Virus record (IMG/VR): IMGVR_UViG_3300045988_178209
Location: 1 to 18,881 of that record
Source: a virus
Strand: one strand, 5' to 3'
Length of the DNA: 18,881 nucleotides
Made by a program: the position numbers and the translations under genes
Shown here: piece by piece, positions 1 through 5,523 of the stretch
Layout: each line of letters begins with the position of its first letter
How positions within the stretch are numbered: position 1 is the stretch's first letter
Notes under the pieces: generated by a model
What the model saw: the letters and a program-made list of their open reading frames with translations, nothing else
Databases searched by the model: none
Told to the model about the DNA's origin: nothing

Positions 1-164
1 TGGGTTGGTTGGTGTTGTGTGTGGTGGGGTGTTGTGGTTGTTGTCTTGGTTGTTTTTTTTTTGTTTTTTCTGTGTTTGTGTTTTTCGGGTTGTGTTGTTG
101 TTGTTTGTGTGGTATGCTGTAGTTACAAACTTCAAGGGAAGGAATGTAAATTGTTTGTTGCAAC
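1..164. repeat. Left inverted terminal repeat (ITR)
   Basis: nt 1-137 are the exact reverse complement of nt 18745-18881. Identity continues with 2 mismatches (pos 138 and 148) to ~164, then decays into diverged homology through the terminal ORFs. The first 113 nt have no A and only 3 C (pos 45, 70, 86). Confidence 0.95.
90..118 (+). promoter_or_regulatory. Putative early promoter embedded in the ITR
   Basis: TTGTGT (90-95), 17-nt spacer, TATGCT (113-118), with TG at 110-111 giving an extended -10 (TGgTATGCT). It is followed by SD AAGGGAAGGAA (134-144) and a TTG at 151. An identical copy faces inward at the right end. Confidence 0.35.
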
Positions 165-492
165 TTATTTTGCGGATGATGATCGTACTGTCACTGTGAG
201 GCCTGTTGCGGTTAAGGGTGATGTGGATTGGTCGTCTCTTTATGTTGCTGATGATGGTACTGGGTATGGTATGTGGCAACAGGATGGTGATGATAGGTGG
301 TTTATTGATGTTGTTCCTGTGAATGGCTATGATCTGTGGCATGATTCGAATGCGTTGAAAATTACTGGTGTTTATGGTCTTGATGGGGATGATTGGGAGG
401 CTTGTGCGAATGATTTTCTTGCGGATTATGGTTTTAGGCTTGGTCGGTTCGATGAGGTTAAGGGTGATCGGTTTGAGCTGGTTGCGTTGTGA
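151..492 (+). CDS. Terminal acidic protein (~113 aa), paralogue of the right-end ORF; function unknown
   Basis: The track ORF 19-492 starts inside the G/T-only ITR. A more credible start is TTG 151, 7 nt after the SD AAGGGAAGGAA. I counted 23 D/E against 9 K/R. The C-terminal block DDWEACANDFLADYGFRLGRFDEVKGDRFELV is nearly identical in the right-end ORF. Confidence 0.6.
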   Translation: MFVATYFADDDRTVTVRPVAVKGDVDWSSLYVADDGTGYGMWQQDGDDRWFIDVVPVNGYDLWHDSNALKITGVYGLDGDDWEACANDFLADYGFRLGRFDEVKGDRFELVAL

Positions 493-728
493 TGGGAATG
501 TTTGTAGGTAAGGAGTGTATTGTGGAATGTTTTAGTGTCAGTATCGTTCAGCATTCGGATGGTGCTGCTACGGTTTCGTGTGAGGGCTTGTTCGGGTGTT
601 CGTATCATGCTGTGGTGCGCGCGGATGATGCGGTGTTGTTTTCGGCTTGGCTTATTGGTTGGGCTCGTGACTGTGTGGCTTTTGAGCCTGTGTGTGTGAA
701 GGGGGGTGAGTGTCGTGTTGTGTGTTGA
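489..728 (+). CDS. Hypothetical early protein (Cys-rich, ~68-79 aa)
   Basis: This is the only long frame in this interval. GTG 489 overlaps the upstream TGA stop (GTGA). An alternative start is GTG 522, 6 nt after AAGGAG (510-515). ORFs in an A-poor region are weak evidence on their own. Confidence 0.4.
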   Translation: MMGMFVGKECIVECFSVSIVQHSDGAATVSCEGLFGCSYHAVVRADDAVLFSAWLIGWARDCVAFEPVCVKGGECRVVC

Positions 729-1017
729 TGATATTATGCAACATCATTTCTTTACTTTGGTTGATTCGAAGTCTTTGCGGAGGGTTGTGTTCGTGTGGAC
801 GTGGAAGCATCCGAAGTATCGTTCGCCGTATCATGAGGTTTTCGTGCTGGCTGATGGCCGTCTGTGGTTGGTGCTTACGGAGCATGATTTGCTGGACGCG
901 TATTTGGCGTGCAAGCGTGCTTGTGATGTTGGCTTGTCTTTGGAGGGGTTGGCGTGTTCCGAGTGGTATGATGAGTATGCTTCGTGGGAGCGTCGTATTC
1001 TTGAAGATTTTGATTGA
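715..1017 (+). CDS. Hypothetical early protein (~100 aa)
   Basis: The frame-1 translation has a balanced, protein-like composition (...KHPKYRSPYHEVFVLADGRLWLVLTEHDLLDAYLACKRA...WERRILEDFD). A G-rich SD (698-708) precedes GTG 715. Alternative starts are GTG 706 and ATG 736. The overlapping frame-2 ORF (710-1027) looks like junk. Confidence 0.5.
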   Translation: MLCVDDIMQHHFFTLVDSKSLRRVVFVWTWKHPKYRSPYHEVFVLADGRLWLVLTEHDLLDAYLACKRACDVGLSLEGLACSEWYDEYASWERRILEDFD

Positions 1018-1027
1018 AAGGATTGTT

Positions 1028-1255
1028 ATGAAATCGTCTGAGCGTGATGTGAAGATCGCTGTTTTTTATAGTCCTCATCTGGCTGGTGACGTGAAGGTTA
1101 AGTATTGTCGCCATCGGCAGATGCTGGTGTTGGAATATCATACGAAGGATGGGGTGATGGCGCATGATTATGATGTGACGAAACCGAGTGAGGTGAGGGA
1201 TATGGTGTTGGATGCCATTGGTATTGCTGGCGAATCTGTCGGGGGGAGGGTGTGA
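1028..1255 (+). CDS. Hypothetical early protein (75 aa)
   Basis: ATG 1028 follows GAAAGGA (1016-1022). This is the protein-like C-terminal part of track ORF 710-1255 (MKSSERDVKIAVFYSPHLAGDVKVKY...). Confidence 0.55.
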   Translation: MKSSERDVKIAVFYSPHLAGDVKVKYCRHRQMLVLEYHTKDGVMAHDYDVTKPSEVRDMVLDAIGIAGESVGGRV

Positions 1256-1467
1256 TGTATTTTCGTGGGTTTGTCCATTCGCTTACGTGTGGTGATTGTC
1301 CGGATGCGGAGGCGTATTGGCGGCTTCGTGCTTTCTGGTGTGGCTATCGTAATTGTCGGTTTGTCGCGCCGGCTCGCTGTCCTGATTGTCTGATTGCCGT
1401 CTGGCATGACATGTGGGTGTGTGGGCATGATTATAGTGTTGAGCAGTTTGAGACGTTGGGAGTATGA
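1255..1467 (+). CDS. Hypothetical Cys-rich (zinc-ribbon-like) early protein (70 aa)
   Basis: ATG 1255 overlaps the upstream TGA (TGATG) and follows GGGGGGAGGG (1241-1250). It contains paired CxxC motifs (CGDC ... CPDC) plus further Cys/His residues. Confidence 0.5.
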   Translation: MYFRGFVHSLTCGDCPDAEAYWRLRAFWCGYRNCRFVAPARCPDCLIAVWHDMWVCGHDYSVEQFETLGV

Positions 1468-1470
1468 GTC

Positions 1471-1644
1471 ATGTATGAGACTTTCGTTGTTTTGGCTTAT
1501 TTGCGTCATGATGTTAAGCCTGTTGAGATCGGCTATGCGTCGTCGTATGACGAGGCTTATAGGGTGGTCCGTGAGTGGGCTGGCAGGCCGGAGCGTGTGA
1601 AGGATGTTTCTTATTTCAGGATTGAGGGTCGGTATTATGTCTAG
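1471..1644 (+). CDS. Hypothetical small early protein (57 aa), not in the supplied ORF track
   Basis: Hand translation gives MYETFVVLAYLRHDVKPVEIGYASSYDEAYRVVREWAGRPERVKDVSYFRIEGRYYV*. GGGAG (1457-1461) lies 9 nt upstream of the ATG. The stop overlaps the next gene's start (ATGTCTAG). It looks more protein-like than the competing track ORF 1394-1600. Confidence 0.45.
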   Translation: MYETFVVLAYLRHDVKPVEIGYASSYDEAYRVVREWAGRPERVKDVSYFRIEGRYYV

Positions 1645-2164
1645 GGGCTTTGTTCGGGGTGATGGTCGGGTTCCGATCTATCGTATGCGCGATTTTGATG
1701 ATGCGATCATGGAGTCGCCGCGTGTTCGTAGGGCGTTGCATGGTCGTATGCGTAAGGCTGGTTTGATCCGTTATGATGAGGGGTATGGTGATTTTGAGAC
1801 TTGCTGTCGGGCTGTCGCCATGCTGTGCGAATTGTGGCGTGAGGGGGTGAATCCGTGGTTTGATCGGGCTGTTCTTATGGCTGTGTGTATTGCCGGCTCT
1901 TTGAGCCGGGGGGATGGTTTGCAGTCGGCGTTGTCTCGTACTTTTGATGTGGAGTATTTGGATGGTACGGTGGATCCTGCGAATCTGATCGCTTGGTGTG
2001 CGGTGTGTGCGGTCAAGGGGGGTACGAGCTTTGATTGCTGTGCTCTTTTTGACGATGTGCAGGCGCGTAATCTTATCATTGCGGTTTTCAAGAATTTTGA
2101 CAGACTTGATGTGACTCGTTATAATGATAAGGAATTGTCAAGGATTTTTGATCAGGGAAGGTAG
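1637..2164 (+). CDS. Hypothetical early protein (175 aa)
   Basis: ATG 1637 lies 8 nt after GAGGG (1624-1628), within track ORF 1604-2164. I recognise no family. Confidence 0.6.
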   Translation: MSRGFVRGDGRVPIYRMRDFDDAIMESPRVRRALHGRMRKAGLIRYDEGYGDFETCCRAVAMLCELWREGVNPWFDRAVLMAVCIAGSLSRGDGLQSALSRTFDVEYLDGTVDPANLIAWCAVCAVKGGTSFDCCALFDDVQARNLIIAVFKNFDRLDVTRYNDKELSRIFDQGR

Positions 2165-2170
2165 GGTATT

Positions 2171-2488
2171 ATGGCTCGAGTGAAGTCGGGAGTGTTCCGG
2201 ACTCGCGTGTATGCCGTGTTGAAGGGCATGGAATTGGTGGATGGCGATTTTATGCCGATCGAGCATGTCATTGATGGGCGTCTGAAGGATGTTCGGGCGT
2301 ATGCGGTCCGTGCCAAGAGGCTTTTTCCGAATTTCATTCCGCGTACTGTCGAGATCTTTTCGCAGAAGGTCACGATGGATGACGAGACTTTTTATAAGTA
2401 TGCGACTTTTGAGGAGCCGCAGAAGTGGAATCCGGAAGAACACGAAAGAAAACGACACGCCGAAATTGAAAACAACGACGGCATGTGA
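2171..2488 (+). CDS. Hypothetical early protein (105 aa, acidic C-terminus); positional analogue of phi29 p6
   Basis: ATG 2171 follows GGAAGGTAGGG. It lies directly upstream of the SSB-like gene, as gene 6 does in phi29, and is similar in size with an acidic tail. No sequence similarity was recognised, so the functional call is positional only. Confidence 0.6.
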   Translation: MARVKSGVFRTRVYAVLKGMELVDGDFMPIEHVIDGRLKDVRAYAVRAKRLFPNFIPRTVEIFSQKVTMDDETFYKYATFEEPQKWNPEEHERKRHAEIENNDGM

Positions 2489-2494
2489 TATAAA
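2465..2494 (+). promoter_or_regulatory. Putative promoter of the replication operon
   Basis: TTGAAA (2465-2470), 18-nt spacer, extended -10 TGaTATAAA (2486-2494). A small hairpin TAGGC-acaaaa-GCCTA (~2501-2516) and an A-rich leader follow. Confidence 0.45.
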
Positions 2495-2553
2495 AGATTT
2501 AGGCACAAAAGCCTAGCAAAAAACAACAAACAACTATACAAAAGGATATGACC

Positions 2554-2991
2554 ATGGAAAACAACAACAGCACCGCACTCGTCGCATTCAACACCGAAAA
2601 CACTGAACTCGGCACCGTCCAGCACTTCATCGACACCAGCACTCGCGAAGGTAAGATCAAGCTCTACTCCGCACTCCAGAACGCGGAAAAGCTGGATGAA
2701 CATCTGAACGAAACCCTGCTCATGTCGAACGCGGTCGCACAGGCCGTGCAGGTGACCGACGATCAGACCGGGGAAGTCTCCACTACAGTGCGCGTCATTA
2801 TCGTGACCGCCGACGGCAAGGCGTACGCGGCCACCTCCCCCACTCTAGCGGCCGGGCTGAACACCATGTTCGGCATCTTCGGTACTCCGAACACGTGGGA
2901 TGCCCCTCTCGCCATCAAGGTGGTGGAACGTCGGTCCCGCCGTGGCTTCAAATTCTTCAGCATTGAGCCGGTGGATGAAGAAACGAAGTGA
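2554..2991 (+). CDS. Single-stranded DNA-binding protein, phi29 p5-like
   Basis: From memory of phi29 p5: MENNNSTALVAFNTEN..EGKIKLY vs MENTNIVKATFDTETLEGQIKIF; VIIVTADGKAYAATS vs TTIFAADGSLYSAIS; IKVVERRSRRGFKFFSIE vs VKVVQGTSSKGNVFFSLQ. ATG 2554 has better SD spacing than ATG 2548. The gene sits upstream of the TP/DNAP pair, as in phi29. Confidence 0.7.
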   Translation: MENNNSTALVAFNTENTELGTVQHFIDTSTREGKIKLYSALQNAEKLDEHLNETLLMSNAVAQAVQVTDDQTGEVSTTVRVIIVTADGKAYAATSPTLAAGLNTMFGIFGTPNTWDAPLAIKVVERRSRRGFKFFSIEPVDEETK

Positions 2992-3025
2992 TCCTATCGT
3001 GATCACCAAGTAGAATCCAAGTATA

Positions 3026-3052
3026 GAGAGCACTCCTACGCGGGGTGCTCTC
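3026..3052 (+). other. Intergenic stem-loop (possible attenuator or RNA stabiliser)
   Basis: GAGAGCACTCC (3026-3036), loop tacgc, GGGGTGCTCTC (3042-3052), with one G-U pair. Only a weak T tract (cttatct) follows. Confidence 0.3.
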
Positions 3053-3074
3053 CTTATCTGAAAGGACGTGTCCC

Positions 3075-4040
3075 ATGTCACGCAAGCAGAAGCACGTCAA
3101 AGCACGGCAGGCCGCGCAAGCCCGTGCCGCCCGCAACATCAAACAACTCGGCACCTACTCGCACGCGAATCTCGCTAAAACCGCCGACCAACAGCTTGTC
3201 AACATTGCCAAAACGTTAGGTCAGGAGTGGGAGAGGCAGAAAGCGCAAACCATTGCCAAAGCGAAAGCCACCCCCTATCATGCGACCGCCGCCGAAAAGC
3301 CGACGAAAAAAGACTATATGATAGCCAGCCGTACTCCTATTCCGGACGCGCAGATCGCCGACGAGCCCATAGTGAAACGGCGTAAGCTCCTACGCCAACA
3401 GCAACGGAAGATCAACGCGGCTAGAAGGAAAATCAATGAATGGAATCGTGCGCAAGCCATGCCAAAAGTCAGCGTATACGACCAGCGTGTAGCCGAAATG
3501 ACCGGCACGACAGGCGACACGGGATTCAGTGGAAACATCATCGTCCCATCCAAGCTGACAGACTTCCTTCAAATGACCAATGTATTGGACGATGAGGCTT
3601 TCGTCCGTGCCCAGCTGAAAGGCGGTCATCGTAAGGAGATTCTCGACCAAATGCATGACGCCGCCAGAATCCTTGGATTAAGGACGGAACGCGACCGCAA
3701 GCACACTGTCGCAAAGAAGCGGAAGAGCGGGAGGTCGGAAGTTCTCTACGGTAAAGGCGAATGGCCGGTCTACATGACTAAAAGCCGGTATGACGCTTTC
3801 GGTAAGGTGATTGGCTCTTCGCTCGGCGCGAAACGACTTAAGCGATTCCGTAGTCTGACCGCGGCTCAGAAAAGGGCTTTCATTGAACAGACCGATGCTC
3901 CCCATATCGTGTTTGGCTGGGTCGACTATGATGAGACCCATCATACATTCAGGCCGATATTCAAGCAGGATACCGAAGGGTATGAGCGTGCACGTCGAAA
4001 TTTCGATCGGTGGATGACCGAAGCCCAAACACTCGCATAA
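3075..4040 (+). CDS. Candidate terminal protein (321 aa, very basic N-terminal half)
   Basis: It lies immediately upstream of the protein-primed DNAP, as phi29 gene 3 does. The N-terminus is K/R/Q-rich (MSRKQKHVKARQAAQARAARNIKQ..., KRRKLLRQQQRKINAARRKINEW). ATG 3075 follows GAAAGGA. I see no direct similarity to phi29 TP. Confidence 0.5.
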   Translation: MSRKQKHVKARQAAQARAARNIKQLGTYSHANLAKTADQQLVNIAKTLGQEWERQKAQTIAKAKATPYHATAAEKPTKKDYMIASRTPIPDAQIADEPIVKRRKLLRQQQRKINAARRKINEWNRAQAMPKVSVYDQRVAEMTGTTGDTGFSGNIIVPSKLTDFLQMTNVLDDEAFVRAQLKGGHRKEILDQMHDAARILGLRTERDRKHTVAKKRKSGRSEVLYGKGEWPVYMTKSRYDAFGKVIGSSLGAKRLKRFRSLTAAQKRAFIEQTDAPHIVFGWVDYDETHHTFRPIFKQDTEGYERARRNFDRWMTEAQTLA

Positions 4041-4067
4041 CGACAGGATCAAAGGAAGTTATCTATC

Positions 4068-5516
4068 ATGATCGCTGACAGACGTGTAGGCTTATGGTGT
4101 GCCGACAATATCATACGATTCACGGATGGCACTCAATTGCGTGACATCGTCGCACCCCACAGCCTCTTGGCTTCCATCATGACCAATGGAAGGCTCATTG
4201 TCTACATGACCGACCCGCACATGCTTGACCCCTTCATAGCGCATGTCGTGCATAGCCTGCCACGTGACACGCATCATGCCAATATGAGCTGGGACAGCAT
4301 CGTGTCGAATAAGGGTAAATTCTTCAGCTTCACCGTAACCCTTTCCAAGAGGAATTCGGTAAGGTTTTTTGACATTTCCAATCTTTTGAGGGAGAATTGC
4401 CGCGCGATCATGTCCGATAGCCAATTGCTCGACATTCTGTGCGAGTATGACAGGCGGGGATTGTGTAGGATCACGGCCGGAGCGGCCAGTATGGAAGCTT
4501 TCGTGTCAGGCGACTGGACATGGTATGCGGACAAATTCCCCCAATTTGGGTTGGAGGATAAGAAGTCACTCCACGACGCCTATATCGGCGGATTCATGCT
4601 GGCGTGTGAAGGTGCTTATGGCAGGGCTATCGACGTGGACTGTAATTCCATGTATCCGAGCATCCTACGAGATGAGTGGCTTCCTTACGGTGAGCCGGAA
4701 GCGTATGAGGGTGCCTACAAGCAGGATGACGATATGCCGTTGCATTGTGACGAAATGACGTTTCGCGCGGAGCTGAAGCCGGGTGGGTATCCTTTTCTGC
4801 TTGACGGCCGGAGTGTCTATGGGCTGAACAGGCTTTCCTCTACCCGTGGGTTTGTCTCTCGCGTGCTTACCGACATCGACCAGCGGTTGCTTTTCGAAAA
4901 TTATGATGTGACGGTCTACCGGTATGTGCGCGGGTGGAAATTCCGGCGCTCCAAAGGTTTGTTCCGATCCTTCGTTGACGAGTGGGGGTCGGTGAAGCAG
5001 AAGGCGACGGGTGCTAGACGGCGGATGGCTAAGCTGGTCATGAATGCTTTGGTCGGCAAGATGGCGAGTCTATCGAAGGATTCCGTCATGGTGCCTTATT
5101 CGGATGATGGCGTTACCGTGCGATGGGATGTGATGAGGCGTGACGGGTCGGGTCTGAAATCCGATTATCTGCCCGTACCCGTGTGGGTCAATGCGTACGC
5201 GCGCCGCAAGCTTATGGATGTCTGTCATGCCAATGCGGATAGATTGCTGTATGCGAATACGGATGGTTGCATTTTGTCTGGTTGGGATCCGCCAAAGTCG
5301 TGTGCTGTCCATGCGACCGAGCTTGGTCGGTGGAAGATCGCCGCACGATATGAGAGGCTTGCCGTTCTTGGTATGAATCGATATCAGGGGTGGCGTGATG
5401 ATGGTGAAGTCGATGTCTGCATGTCGGGCAGTCTTTTTGTCGAGCCTATACCTTACGAAAAATTCCGGCATGGCGAGCATGTGCATGATGCGTGCGGTAC
5501 GGTGGTCGTGCTATGA
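4068..5516 (+). CDS. Protein-primed family-B DNA polymerase (482 aa)
   Basis: Colinear with phi29 DNAP by eye: GLCRITAGAASMEAF vs GLDRMTAGSDSLKGF; VDCNSMYPS (motif A) vs DVNSLYPA; LPYGEPEAYEGAY vs LPYGEPIVFEGKY; GLFRSFVDEW vs GLFKDFIDKW; KLVMNALVGK (motif B); LLYANTDGCIL (motif C). Confidence 0.9.
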   Translation: MIADRRVGLWCADNIIRFTDGTQLRDIVAPHSLLASIMTNGRLIVYMTDPHMLDPFIAHVVHSLPRDTHHANMSWDSIVSNKGKFFSFTVTLSKRNSVRFFDISNLLRENCRAIMSDSQLLDILCEYDRRGLCRITAGAASMEAFVSGDWTWYADKFPQFGLEDKKSLHDAYIGGFMLACEGAYGRAIDVDCNSMYPSILRDEWLPYGEPEAYEGAYKQDDDMPLHCDEMTFRAELKPGGYPFLLDGRSVYGLNRLSSTRGFVSRVLTDIDQRLLFENYDVTVYRYVRGWKFRRSKGLFRSFVDEWGSVKQKATGARRRMAKLVMNALVGKMASLSKDSVMVPYSDDGVTVRWDVMRRDGSGLKSDYLPVPVWVNAYARRKLMDVCHANADRLLYANTDGCILSGWDPPKSCAVHATELGRWKIAARYERLAVLGMNRYQGWRDDGEVDVCMSGSLFVEPIPYEKFRHGEHVHDACGTVVVL

Positions 5517-5523
5517 TTGGAAT

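Noticed and set aside
1-60. TTGG/GGGT-type repeats reminiscent of eukaryotic telomeric repeats.
   Set aside because: The G-rich strand is the 5'-ended strand (the opposite of telomerase products) and the repeats are irregular. The genome encodes a protein-primed polymerase, so a telomerase-type mechanism is not supported. I keep this only as a terminal-reiteration/G4 note.
19-150. The N-terminal extension of the terminal ORFs (MWWGVVVVVLVVFFLFFLCLCFSGCVVVVCVVCC...) looks like a signal peptide or TM segment and is identical at both ends (mirror at 18732-18863).
   Set aside because: It is just the translation of the G/T-only ITR, which cannot contain stop codons. No SD precedes GTG 19, whereas a good SD plus TTG lies at 134-153. 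It is identical at both ends because it is ITR DNA.
710-1027. The 5' two-thirds of track ORF 710-1255 (181 aa).
   Set aside because: The Cys/Leu/Arg/Trp-rich translation overlaps the more protein-like frame-1 ORF. The real gene probably starts at ATG 1028, behind GAAAGGA. Long open frames are expected by chance in A-poor DNA.
1394-1600. A track ORF of 68 aa in the early arm.
   Set aside because: It overlaps the upstream zinc-ribbon-like ORF, has no SD, and translates to hydrophobic low-complexity sequence. The frame-1 57-aa ORF (1471-1644) fits the gene spacing better.
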